DNA from: an uncultured Thermoprotei archaeon
Lineage (GTDB): Archaea; Thermoproteota; Thermoprotei; Thermofilales; B15-G2
Reading direction: 5' to 3'
Assembly: GCA_965367815.1 (NCBI GenBank)
Contig: CBDUKN010000016.1
Coordinates: 1-64,000, forward strand
Length of the DNA: 64,000 bases
Of the stretch, positions 8,579 through 18,932 are shown piece after piece. The notes under the pieces were generated by a model that was not told where the DNA came from, made no database searches, and saw only the letters and a list, made by a program, of their open reading frames with translations. The translations under genes were made by a program, and so were the position numbers. Each line of letters begins with the position of its first letter. Within the stretch, counting starts at the first letter, position 1.

Positions 8579-9433
8579 GTGAAAAATATTATGTTTAAAG
8601 TTATAAGTAATCGCATTATTGCGCCTGGAGTTAGAAGAATGGAGATCCTCGCGCCAAAAATAGCAAAAAAGGCTAGAGCAGGACAATTTGTAGTAATTCG
8701 AGTCGATGAAAAAGGCGAGAGGATACCCTTAACTCTAGTAGATTGGGACCCGGAAAAAGGGAGTATAACGCTAGTATTTCAGGAAGTTGGGGTAACAACT
8801 AAGAAGCTAGGAAGAATAAGGGAAGGAGAGTATATTCTAGATGTGACAGGACCTTTAGGAAATCCTACTGAGATTAAAAAGTACGGAGTAGTTGTAGGTG
8901 TAGGAGGAGGAGTTGGGAATGCTTGTCTACTTCCGGTAATGAAGGAGTTTAAAAGAGCTGGAAATTATATAGTCTCTATGATAGGAGCTAGAACAAGTGA
9001 ATTAATAATCTTGGAGGATGAATTGAAGGAGGTAAGTGATGAAATATACATAGCTACAGATGATGGTAGTAGAGGGTACAAAGGTTTTGTCACCGATCTC
9101 CTAAAGAAATATTTGGAAGAAAAAGTTCCTGATCTCGTATATGCTGTTGGTCCTACGATAATGTTGAAAGTGGTCTCAAGTATTACTAGACCATATAATG
9201 TAAAGACTATAGTGAGTTTAAACCCTATAATGGTTGATGGTACAGGGATGTGTGGAGCATGTAGAGTAATTGTAAACGGTAAACTAAGGTTCGCCTGCAT
9301 AGATGGCCCTGAGTTTGATGGCCATAAAGTAGACTTTGACTCATTAATTAATAGAATAAAAATGTATAAGAGGGAGGAAGAATTAGCTCTCTCGCTCTTC
9401 GAGAAGAGGGGGAATAAGGATTATGGTATCTAA
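8579..9433 (+). CDS. sudB: NADH-dependent reduced ferredoxin:NADP oxidoreductase small subunit (NfnA/SudB)
   Basis: GERIPLT, GPLGNP, TDDGSRG, MVDGTGMCGACRV...FACIDGPEFD [2Fe-2S] motif. Confidence 0.92.
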   Translation: MKNIMFKVISNRIIAPGVRRMEILAPKIAKKARAGQFVVIRVDEKGERIPLTLVDWDPEKGSITLVFQEVGVTTKKLGRIREGEYILDVTGPLGNPTEIKKYGVVVGVGGGVGNACLLPVMKEFKRAGNYIVSMIGARTSELIILEDELKEVSDEIYIATDDGSRGYKGFVTDLLKKYLEEKVPDLVYAVGPTIMLKVVSSITRPYNVKTIVSLNPIMVDGTGMCGACRVIVNGKLRFACIDGPEFDGHKVDFDSLINRIKMYKREEELALSLFEKRGNKDYGI

Positions 9434-10799
9434 GAGAGCAATACCTATGAGAAAGCTCAGTATGGATAAAAGACTGACTACATTTGAAGAAGTAGCACTT
9501 GGCTATACAGAGGAAGAGGCGCTTGAGGAGGCTAAGAGGTGTTTAAAATGTAAACTAATGCCCTGTAGTAAATCATGTCCACTAAACATAGAGATTCCCA
9601 AGTTTGTGAAATGTATAGAAAGGCGCGAGTATGAGAAAGGACTAAATATAATATTGAGGGCAAATCCATTTCCAGCTATAACTGGCAGAGTATGTCCCCA
9701 AGAAGTATTATGCCAAAAAGAATGCACTCTACGTAAGCTGGGAGATCCTCTAGCGATAGGTCGACTTGAAAGGTTCCTAGGTGACTATCAGATAGAGAAC
9801 AATATTATGAATCTGGATGTTCCAGAGAAGGTAAGAGGTAGTATAGCTGTGGTAGGTTCAGGTCCAGCTGGATTAATGGGAGCTGTAGAGCTCAGGAAAT
9901 TGGGCTATGAGGTGACTATATTTGAGGCATTACATGAAGTTGGAGGGGTCATGGTTTATGGAATACCAGAGTTTCGACTTCCGAGAAGAGTGCTGTGGTT
10001 CTATGTAGACTATGTTAAGAAACTAGGGGTAAGAATAGAGGTGGATGTCGTGGTAGGAAGAACTTATACCATAGATGAGCTTTTGAAAGAATATGATGCT
10101 GTATTACTAGCCACGGGTGCAGGGACTCCTAAGTTCTTAGGTATTCCTGGAGAGGAGTTAAATGGTGTATACTCAGCTAATGAATTTCTCATAAGAATAA
10201 ATTTAATGAAAGCTTACAGGTTTCCGGAGTATGACACCCCTATAAAACTTGGAAAGAAGGTCGCGGTCATAGGTGGTGGTAATACAGCAATGGACGTATC
10301 AAGAATAGCTCTTAGACTAGGTGCTGAGGAAGTCATAGTACTGTATAGGAGAACAGAGGCAGAAATGCCGGCTAGAAGAGAGGAAATCGAAAATGCAAAA
10401 GAGGAGGGAGTAAAATTCATGTTCTTAACACAACCCGTAGCATTAATAGGTGATGAAAAGGGCTGGGTCAAAAAGATACGGTGTATTAGAATGAGATTAG
10501 GAGAGCCTGATGCTAGTGGTAGACGTAGACCTATTCCTATACCAGGTTCAGAGTTTGAAATAGAGGTAGATAATGTTATCATAGCTATAGGAGCTGAGGT
10601 AAATAAACTCATACAGAGGACGGCTCCTAACCTAAAGGTTGATAAAAAGGGCCATGTAATTGTAGACAAGTACGGTAGAACCTCCATAGAAAGAGTATAT
10701 GCTGCTGGAGATGTAGTCACAGGAGCTGCTACTGTTATAGAAGCATTAGCTGCTGCTAAGACAGTTGCGCATACAATACATAGAGACTTAAGTAAGTAG
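9423..10799 (+). CDS. sudA: NADH-dependent reduced ferredoxin:NADP oxidoreductase large subunit (NfnB/SudA, GltD-like)
   Basis: RCLKC..PC...CP, GRVCPQE..CQ..C, GSGPAG, YGIPEFRLP, GGGNTAMD, AAGDVVTG; coupled to the small subunit. Confidence 0.92.
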   Translation: MVSKRAIPMRKLSMDKRLTTFEEVALGYTEEEALEEAKRCLKCKLMPCSKSCPLNIEIPKFVKCIERREYEKGLNIILRANPFPAITGRVCPQEVLCQKECTLRKLGDPLAIGRLERFLGDYQIENNIMNLDVPEKVRGSIAVVGSGPAGLMGAVELRKLGYEVTIFEALHEVGGVMVYGIPEFRLPRRVLWFYVDYVKKLGVRIEVDVVVGRTYTIDELLKEYDAVLLATGAGTPKFLGIPGEELNGVYSANEFLIRINLMKAYRFPEYDTPIKLGKKVAVIGGGNTAMDVSRIALRLGAEEVIVLYRRTEAEMPARREEIENAKEEGVKFMFLTQPVALIGDEKGWVKKIRCIRMRLGEPDASGRRRPIPIPGSEFEIEVDNVIIAIGAEVNKLIQRTAPNLKVDKKGHVIVDKYGRTSIERVYAAGDVVTGAATVIEALAAAKTVAHTIHRDLSK

Positions 10800-10939
10800 T
10801 TAGAAAGAGAGTGTCCAGTTGACCTGCTTACTACATGTTTTGTTCATAAGCTAGAGACAGCGAATCCACAAAACTTTAACTAGATCTCCTAAATAATCTC
10901 AAAAGAGAATTATTGTATGAAATTAAAAGTTCTAGACAA

Positions 10940-12115
10940 TTAAACTATACTAGACAAGTCTAGTACATATATTTGTCTACTATTTTCATGTGTAGAATCT
11001 ATACAGACATATTTGCCGTCTCTGCTCCAACGTGGATGTAGATCACACCTTATTTCTCCCTTTAATTTCGGCATTGAATAAAATCTTCCGATTAAGAAAG
11101 CTTCACTGGTCTCAGTGTTATAGATGATGAGATTTCTGTAGCCTTCACTGTCGGGGTAGGTGTCTGTTAGAATCCATTTTCTATTGGGAGAATAGCTGCA
11201 ATGTCCATTAGTAGTCAAGACGTCTTCTCCAACCGGAATAGCATTTCCGCTAGACTCGTCTATTAGGAAAAAGTGTTTGCCTTTTCCAGGAATCTTACAC
11301 CAAGCTAAAATATACTTGTCGTCTCTCCAGTCGAAATGAGATACTACTCCACTATCGATTAAAAGATGTAGATCAGTGCCATCTCTATCAGCAGTAAACA
11401 TACGGGTTAGAAACCTACCGCCTGACCGCGCCCATCTGTGAAGAAAAGCGAATCTATTGCCTCTAGTATTAAATAGGAGGTGGTTAACCCAATGTTTTGC
11501 TCCTTCAAATGAAGGCTGAGGAGCTATCTGCGCTAGCTCTTGAAGAGAAATTATAAGCTCATAGCTTCTACTTTCTATGTCTATTAAGTAGATTCCATCT
11601 TTACTAGGTGCTTTCTCACTGTACCAAGGATCTTTTACACCACAGTAGCCGTAACCTGGGCGAGTATCATTGAGTCTTGCGAAATTTAAAGATAAAGCAT
11701 ATTTTCCATCAGGGCTTAGAGCATATATTGGCATAGGTAATGACCAGCGCTCACCACTATTAATGTTCAAAATAACTGAAATAAAGCGACCTCCCTCCTT
11801 ATCATTATAAATTATTGTCGTGTTCTCTTTTCTAGGAAACCATTGAAGCATACAGCCTTGCTGCCAGTTCCAGGCACTAGTCTGCGACAATCTTTTTATT
11901 GAAAAATCGTGGGCGTAGTTTATAAGACATATATTGGCTTTATCCTGTGGTAGCGGCGGTCTATCCATGAAATCGGTCTCTAAACAAAGCAACCACTTAC
12001 CATTCTTACTCCACGGACACTTATCATAGTAGCCGAAGAAATGGTATAAAGGAGGAGAAGTTACGCGGAAAACTCTAACTTGATTTCTCAAATCCTCAAG
12101 CTGATTCATTTTCAT
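10940..12115 (-). CDS. Beta-propeller protein (TolB-like / oligogalacturonate-lyase-like)
   Basis: FFGYYDKCPW, AWNWQQG, GHCSYSP, TDTYPD, RCDLHPRWS motifs. Confidence 0.6.
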   Translation of the reverse strand: MKMNQLEDLRNQVRVFRVTSPPLYHFFGYYDKCPWSKNGKWLLCLETDFMDRPPLPQDKANICLINYAHDFSIKRLSQTSAWNWQQGCMLQWFPRKENTTIIYNDKEGGRFISVILNINSGERWSLPMPIYALSPDGKYALSLNFARLNDTRPGYGYCGVKDPWYSEKAPSKDGIYLIDIESRSYELIISLQELAQIAPQPSFEGAKHWVNHLLFNTRGNRFAFLHRWARSGGRFLTRMFTADRDGTDLHLLIDSGVVSHFDWRDDKYILAWCKIPGKGKHFFLIDESSGNAIPVGEDVLTTNGHCSYSPNRKWILTDTYPDSEGYRNLIIYNTETSEAFLIGRFYSMPKLKGEIRCDLHPRWSRDGKYVCIDSTHENSRQIYVLDLSSIV

Positions 12116-12317
12116 ACATTTAATAAATTAAGTTACTAGTTTTAAGCACTATCTCTCTGCTCCAAGCTCTAATTTACAATATTTTTGAAAGCCATAAAAG
12201 AGAATAAACCTATGTATTAAACTATCGCTAAATATAGAATTTTATCAAAATTTTAGTAGGCTGAAAAATAAATTGCTATGAAAGTTTAGATACATAAATA
12301 TTTGTACTTTATTTAGG

Positions 12318-13598
12318 TTATTCTTCAATGAATTTATTTAATCTATGCTTGTAGACATATGCGCCGGCAACGTAAATGGTTATAGTTGTTAGAGTTAAGT
12401 AGAGTGTTTGTAGTGCTAGTGCTTCGACAGGCTTATCGAATACAGCTATTTGTCTTACTACATCAAGTCCGACTGTTACTGGAAATATGTCTGCAATAAT
12501 TCTCATGTAGCTCGGTAGAATCCATTTCGGTACAATAATTCCAGCTAAGAACATTAGCGGGAAGGTGACCATAGAGGCTAGCACGTTTGCAGACTTGACT
12601 GTTTTTGCTCCCAGCGATAGTATCAGACTTATTCCAATAGTCATTAGAGCTACTAGCAGCATTATATAGACTAGTAGCCAGTGAGACAGGTTAAGTGGAT
12701 TCCAGTAGATTTTGCCTCCTAGTACTAGTGTTCCGAAAGCAGTGTAAGTTACTGTCGAAATGAGTTCGCTGAATAGTACTGCTAAAGTACCTCCTATTAA
12801 CAGATCCCACGGGGAAATAGGGGCCGCTAAAAGTCTCTTAAGAGTTTTCTTCTCTCTCCTCTACTACAATAACTATTCCCCCTATTATGCCTATGAAGAG
12901 GTACTCTACTCCAATCATACCTATAGTATACCATCCGATAATACCTGCTCTCGTCGCAACACTCCTAGGACTTACTTCACTAAATTCTGCTTCGAGAGGC
13001 ACGCAAGCCCTTTAATAAACTCTTTTATCAAAGGCAGAATGTAGCTAGACATGTTTTCAGCAAACCGATTAATTATGACGGCTGTTTTGTTGTAGAATAT
13101 TTGTGCTCTCATGAGCGCTAAGTGTTTGCCAAATTCTACTATGAAGCTTGAAAGCATTGCCTCGATTATTTGTTTCTTCTGTATGTCGGCCGCTGAGACA
13201 TATATTTTGGCTCTTGTAGTAAAGCCGTAAGTCATGTTCTGGGAGAAGCCTTCGGGAAAAACTATTACTGTATCTAGTTCGCCCGCCTTTAGCTTATTTA
13301 AAGCATTTTCAGTTGAGTTAAGCACTTTTACTTCGAAGACTTTAGTGCCGTTTACTTCTATTTTACCCATAACGTCGACTACGAGAGTAGCGTTTAGTGG
13401 ATACTTGTTTATACCAGTGTCTTCGTAGACTACTCCTACTTTGAGAGTAAGCAGCTTACTGCCTCCTCCAGCCCAGAGCGCAGACATTAGCGCCAACCAG
13501 AATACTGGGAAAATTATTGTCCAGAATACTGCTGCAGGATCTCTCATCCAATCTAGCACTCCCTTCTTAGCTATACTTAAAATAGCCCACAACTTCAT
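12318..13598 (-). pseudogene. ABC-2 type exporter permease, frameshifted
   Basis: RDPAAVFWTIIFP N-terminus, large extracellular loop, FPLMFLAGIIVP...LP C-terminus; broken into several frames. Confidence 0.8.
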
Positions 13599-13619
13599 TC
13601 TAATCCCCTTCTAGTAAGC

Positions 13620-14542
13620 TTAACGAAAAACATCTTCAAGCGTAGGCTCACGAACATCTATTCTAGCTATTTTTCCTCCATTCTCAATAACCAAGGATAC
13701 TAATTGAGGAAGAGCAGTATCAGGATCCTTAGTATAGAGAACAGCTTTTTCATTCTTCAAAATATACTTTTCGATAACACTGACTCTGCTGAACACTTTG
13801 TCCGGGTTTTCTGGGAGCTTAGAGAACTCTAATTCTATTGCAGCGAGAGGCCCTACCATTTTCTTCAAGGCTTCAGGAGTATCAAGCGCCACTACTTGTC
13901 CTTCATTCATTACAGCTACTCTATCAGAAAGCTCATCTGCTTCTTCCATATAGTGAGTAGCCAAAATAATTGTTTTGCTTTCTTCTTTGAGTCTCTTAAT
14001 AGTATCCCATACACTTCTCCTAATATTAGGGTCTAGTCCCACAGTAGGCTCGTCTAAAAGCAGCAATTCAGGGTCATTGATTAGTGCTACAGCTAAATTC
14101 AGTCTCCTTTTCATACCTCCCGAAAGTCTTTTAGCAAGAGTCTTCTCTACTTCGCTTAAACCTAAGTACTCTAGTATTCTCTTAGCTCTTTCTTCGCCTC
14201 ACTACCGGGAATATTGTAGAGACCGGCATAAAACATCATATTCTCCATTACAGTTAGGTTATTATAGAGAACGGTTTCCTGAGGGCAATAACCTATCTTC
14301 AACGATACCCTTTCTCTATTCTTCGAAACACCGTAGCCGAGGACTTCTACTTTACCGCTAGTAGGCTTAATTACTCCCGCAATAATATTCATTAAAATAC
14401 TCTTACTAGCACCATTAGGCCCTAAAAGCCCCAGCATCTCACCCTCATAAACCTCTAGTGAAACCCCCTTAAGCGCTTTGACTCCATTGTATTCTTTAAT
14501 CAAGTCAACTACTCTAACAACAGGTTTCATCAATAAATACAT
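13620..14542 (-). pseudogene. ABC exporter ATP-binding subunit, frameshifted (about 14185-14195), degenerate Walker A
   Basis: GPNGASKS, LSGGMKRR, LLLDEPT, TH motifs split across two frames. Confidence 0.85.
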
Positions 14543-14654
14543 ACTAATACATAAGTAGATATAAAGTCATGAAGCTCGGAAACTCAAAGCATATTAAAAC
14601 TAATTTAACATAAATTAATATTTGTTAAAAATTAAATATAGCTATGATTTAGTT

Positions 14655-15137
14655 TCATATTTGAAGAACTTTATTTCTTCTAGGCGAAAAAACATAAATT
14701 TCTTTTACACGATATTTTTCCATCAACTTAGGCCAGGCTTTAAGAATCTTCTTCCAGTCATCAAGGTCTTCAGTAACCACTACCTCTAATTCATTTTGAG
14801 CTACAAGAGCTGCATGAAGAGCATCATATGTAGTTTTTGAAAACTCCGCTATTATCTTGGCATACTCCAGAGTCTTCCTATCTACTTCAAGAATAATTAA
14901 CGGGAAATCTAAGTAAGATAAAGCTGCATCATAAGCTGCATCAACATTTATTTCTGAAAGAGCGCCAAATAGCTCAAATAATACCAGTATAGAGCCATAT
15001 CCTTCAAATTTTCTCGAAATAAGAAGATCGAGTACTTCATAACACTTGCCATAGTATTTAGGATGATTTAAAGCTACATAAATGTATATATTAGTATCGA
15101 TATATACCCGTTTTCCTTCTAAGGCTTTCTTCAACAA
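14655..15137 (-). CDS. vapC: PIN-domain toxin (VapC), paralog of 4728..5222
   Basis: YIDTNIYIY, YGS..VLFELFGALS.IN, YDALHAA, VTED. Confidence 0.9.
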   Translation of the reverse strand: MLKKALEGKRVYIDTNIYIYVALNHPKYYGKCYEVLDLLISRKFEGYGSILVLFELFGALSEINVDAAYDAALSYLDFPLIILEVDRKTLEYAKIIAEFSKTTYDALHAALVAQNELEVVVTEDLDDWKKILKAWPKLMEKYRVKEIYVFSPRRNKVLQI

Positions 15138-15354
15138 GCTTCACCGCATCTATTTCCTTCGGACCACCTAAATATTTACTAGCAATACTAGATAGTCTAG
15201 CTAAGGCTTCGCGTCCCTTAATAGGTTCAAGCACTATTTTCCCTTCTTCTATACGAATAAGGAGCCTATCTCCCACTTTTATTTTCAGTTTTTCTCTAAT
15301 CTCTTTAGGAATAGTCACCTGATATTTTCTAGTAACAAGTACTTCCGAAACCAT
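15091..15354 (-). CDS. vapB: AbrB-family antitoxin, paralog of 4499..4738
   Basis: VTRKYQVTIPKEIREKL and shared C-terminal IDAVKLVEES. Confidence 0.9.
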   Translation of the reverse strand: MVSEVLVTRKYQVTIPKEIREKLKIKVGDRLLIRIEEGKIVLEPIKGREALARLSSIASKYLGGPKEIDAVKLVEESLRRKTGIYRY

Positions 15355-15359
15355 TATCA

Positions 15360-15377
15360 GTAGTACTACCGTACTAC
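15360..15377. promoter_or_regulatory. GTAGTAC/GTACTAC operator repeats upstream of vapB
   Basis: GTAGTACTACCGTACTAC; same heptamer as the 4474 palindrome. Confidence 0.6.
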
Positions 15378-15587
15378 AGTATATTAATTTTACCCAATAT
15401 TACTAGGCACTATCAAGTTATTTTATTATTCAATGTATTTTACATGAGAGGCAGCGGAATCTTTATGCCAGAGGAACGAATATGCAGCAAGTACATATTT
15501 TAAATAAATTAAGTATTTCAGCTAGCTTTTAGTTTTTAATATAAATAATTATTAATAATGTAAATAGTATTAGCTATTTAGAGCATT

Positions 15588-15800
15588 TTACATAAGTACT
15601 TCTTTTCTTAAAATATAGTCTAGTCCCTTTAGGTACATTAGGATCCCTACTATAAGTAAGAGTATTGCCTCAACTAGAAGAATAGTAAATGACGCAAACT
15701 GACTCGTTAGAGAAATTCCTCCAAGTAAACACTTTCCCATAATATCTAACGTATACGTCTGAGGTAGTAAAATAGGAAGTTTCTGCGAATTGGAGCACAT
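15588..15800 (-). pseudogene. ABC-2 permease C-terminal fragment
   Basis: LPQTYTLDIM followed by a final TM helix, typical of ABC-2 permease C-termini. Confidence 0.5.
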
Positions 15801-15933
15801 GATTCTAAATAAATAAACATGTATTTTGATTGCTATATTGTTCTAAATCATATTAAGGCGCAAAAGCTTCTGTTTAAATAGTTAAATACTAGATTATAGT
15901 TAGCTTTATTTGAGTCTATAAAATCCATGGATT

Positions 15934-16869
15934 ATGCCCTTAGATGTGAGACTGGCTTCTCTTGATGACGTAAAAGGGATTACTGAGGTTCATTGTTCTG
16001 ATGTAAAAATGTGGAAGAAGCGTGTTGGTGATAAGTGGGTTCCGGCAAGCTATGAGAGGCTCTCTATTGAAGAGAGATTTATGCATGGTGGACCATGGAT
16101 GAGTGTAGAGACTTGTGCTATTCATTTAAATTACCTTCTTTTAGCTGGGCAGTATCCTTTGGTAGCGGTACTTGACGGTAAAGTTGTCGGTGAGCTCGAG
16201 TTGTATATTGGTGAAGAGAAGGGAGTGCTAGGTAAAACGGCTTTTATCGACATATTGCTGGTTCACAGTAATTTTAGACGAAGGGGGATAGGAAGAAGGC
16301 TTGTTCAGAAAGCTGAGGAAATAGCTATTGAGAATAACTGTGATACGCTTAGTGTCTGGCCTGAGGAACAGGCTATACCTTTTTATAGTAAGTGTGGAAT
16401 TGCTGTAAAAGCATATGAGCCCGTGGAAATAGCTATTAAACTAAATAATCTATTATTAAAAGATTTAACGCGAGTTGATATTGTTGCTAGTGAAGCTAAG
16501 TACAGTGAGCTGGAGGAAATGCACTTTATTTCTCCTAGAATATATTCAAGTAAAGTTGCTTGGCTTAAATCTAAGTGGACTATTGCTATTAAAGAGTGGT
16601 ACGGGAAAACAATTAAGGGATGGATTCATGACGCGAAGGCATATTTTGTTTTAAGAGAAAAGATAAAGGATTCTGCTGTGCTTTTTATGTGGATTAAGAG
16701 CCTTAAAGACCTTAGTGAAGTCTTAAAAAATATTTTATGTTTAGCGAAAAGAGAGAATATAGATGAAGTAACTATGATTATTGATCAAGAGTTATTAAAG
16801 AGATTAGAGAAGGAAATAGTGTTTGACCTTAAAAACAGGTACATAGTCTTGTATAAAAATCTTAAATAA
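15934..16869 (+). CDS. GNAT-family N-acetyltransferase
   Basis: VHSNFRRRGIGRRL acetyl-CoA motif, AIPFYSKCG. Confidence 0.85.
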   Translation: MPLDVRLASLDDVKGITEVHCSDVKMWKKRVGDKWVPASYERLSIEERFMHGGPWMSVETCAIHLNYLLLAGQYPLVAVLDGKVVGELELYIGEEKGVLGKTAFIDILLVHSNFRRRGIGRRLVQKAEEIAIENNCDTLSVWPEEQAIPFYSKCGIAVKAYEPVEIAIKLNNLLLKDLTRVDIVASEAKYSELEEMHFISPRIYSSKVAWLKSKWTIAIKEWYGKTIKGWIHDAKAYFVLREKIKDSAVLFMWIKSLKDLSEVLKNILCLAKRENIDEVTMIIDQELLKRLEKEIVFDLKNRYIVLYKNLK

Positions 16870-16984
16870 TTACTAAGAGCATAACTTGAGTACCTTAAGT
16901 CGACTATTTGTGTAAAACATAGTATTTATTGATTGATATGTAGTGAGTAAAAGACTTAAGTATACTTTGTATTGAAGTGTAATT

Positions 16985-17291
16985 ATGAGAATGATAACTA
17001 CGTCAGTTAGATTACCTAAAGAGGTAGTTGATGAAATTGGAAGATTAAGTAAAGAGGAGGGAGTAGGCAAAGGAGCATTTATCGTAAACTTATAGTAGAG
17101 TTGCTAAAAGAATATAAAATTAAAAAAGCTTTAGAGTTATATATAGAGAAGGTAAAGTTTCGCTATGGAAAGCAGCTGAAATTGCGGGAATAACATATGG
17201 AGAGGCTTTAGAAGAGTTAAGGAAAAGAAATATCCCGTTTAAATACGATTTAGAAGACCTTGAAGTTGACGTAAACTGGGCTACAAAATGA
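16985..17291 (+). pseudogene. RHH + UPF0175 antitoxin with two frameshifts
   Basis: MRMITTSVRLPKEVVDEI, then shifted frames giving KKALELY and EGKVSLWKAAEIAGI...ELRKRNIPFKY. Confidence 0.8.
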
Positions 17292-17779
17292 CAGCAGTTA
17301 GTAACGCAGGTCAATTAATTCATTTAGCTAAAATCGGAAGACTGAACTTGCTTAAAGAAATTTTCAGTGAAATAATTATACCGAGAACAGTTAAAATAGA
17401 AGTAATTGATAGAGGTAAAGAAAAAGGAGAACCCGATGCATTGTTACTCAATGATATCGACTGGATTAAGGTCGTAGATGATCCAGTTAACGTAGATCAA
17501 TTAGCTAAAAGAGTAGGAATACACCGTGGAGAATTATGCGCAATTCTTCTCGCTAAAACATTGAGTGTTCCAGTGCTACTAGATGACACGGATGCGAGAA
17601 AATTTGCTTTAGCTTTAGGCTTAGAAGTGGTAGGCTCAATAGGTATAATCATTAAGGCTACTAAATTAGGATTAATTTCAAAAGAAGAAGGATTAAGAGA
17701 TTTACAGAGGCTCGCAGAAGTGATGTGGCTAGGTATCGATGTGTATGAGAAAGCGAGAAAAGTTATAGAAAGCTTGTAA
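17288..17779 (+). CDS. DUF3368-family PIN-like toxin
   Basis: AVSNAGQLIHL, IHRGELCAILLA, LLDD..AR, GSIGII motifs; cognate partner of UPF0175. Confidence 0.85.
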   Translation: MTAVSNAGQLIHLAKIGRLNLLKEIFSEIIIPRTVKIEVIDRGKEKGEPDALLLNDIDWIKVVDDPVNVDQLAKRVGIHRGELCAILLAKTLSVPVLLDDTDARKFALALGLEVVGSIGIIIKATKLGLISKEEGLRDLQRLAEVMWLGIDVYEKARKVIESL

Positions 17780-18129
17780 ATTACTTGAATTTCTAGCTTG
17801 TTTTACTTTGATAGAAATACAATCTAGGCATTTTTCTCAATACTATGTGCGCGAAGAACCCTCCTAGGACACAGGATACTAAGTAGCCGTTCATTAGGAT
17901 TAGTAGTGAAGCGTAGAATACTGGTGTAAAGTAGAGGCTGAGTGGCGTGAAGAAGAGGTACGGTAGGTAGCTGAGTAGTCCTCCGAGAAAACTAGCAGCT
18001 AGTGCTTCGCCTAGACTTATTTTCTCGGATTTAAGTAAAGCTAGCTCTACGCCTATTCTCAGTAAAATATCTTTGGGTACGCGGATTATTGGAGGTTTTC
18101 TCTATTATCAGTTATTTTAGATAAATTCG

Positions 18130-18685
18130 CTTATGGTGATTAAATAAGAGCTATCCATTGAGCTCAATAGCATTGTAGTAGAGGAGGCTGTTGTTCGAGT
18201 AAATGCTACTATTCGCTGCCAGAATGGACTGATCACTGGAGCATACTATGTCATTAACTCAAGTGAGCCGAGAAATATTCCTGCCCGAGACGGCGCATAT
18301 GACTTCTCCGTAGAAGTAATGGTAGTCGAAATAAACGCATCTAGCTTTAACGAGGGCTACTATATCTTAAGAATAAGGGGGGTGCAGTGAGTCTGCTTAC
18401 ACAAAGTGGTTAAACATTACTTTAAGAGTAAGAACACTTGTTCCAAGATATCATATTATAGCTTTAACGCTTAAACCCTACGGTGTTTTCAAGGCATCAG
18501 ATCTGGCTAAAGCAATAGGACTTTCTCTTTCAGCAATATGGAGGTGGAACTATGAGAAACAGAAATTTGAAGCGTATATCCCAGGAGTAAGTGACAGCAG
18601 CAGCGACTTCGAGCTAGTCCTAGGCGAAGGATATTTTATTTACATGAAGAAAACCGCTAAATGGGTCGAAGTAGGTAAACCCTAG
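18130..18685 (+). pseudogene. Relic of an archaeal cell-surface protein C-terminus
   Basis: Broken frames: VVRVNATI...ITGAYYVIN...ARDGAYD and FKASDLAKAIG...IWRWN...YIPGV..SDFELVLGEGYFIY. Confidence 0.5.
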
Positions 18686-18932
18686 CCAACTTCCACTTAA
18701 TACTAGAGAATACTCATAAGTAGTACTAGCTATTACACTATATAAAACTCTAATGAATACTACATTACTAATCTGATAGCTATTATTTAGAGTATATCTT
18801 AAATAGTTACTAAGAAGTACTATTAAGTTAGTTACCTCTTTGTACTAGGCTTTTGTTTCTCTATTTCCTCTACATCGCTTATTATGTCGTGAACTATGAA
18901 TTTTAGGGTAAGGTAAATAAGGGTTAAAGAAT

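Noticed and set aside
9423-10799. Glutamate synthase small subunit
   Set aside because: It is coupled to a SudB/NfnA gene with no GltB nearby, so NfnAB is the better call.
17820-18110. Minus-strand broken membrane-protein-like fragment
   Set aside because: Hydrophobic reading frames exist but are too degraded to assign.
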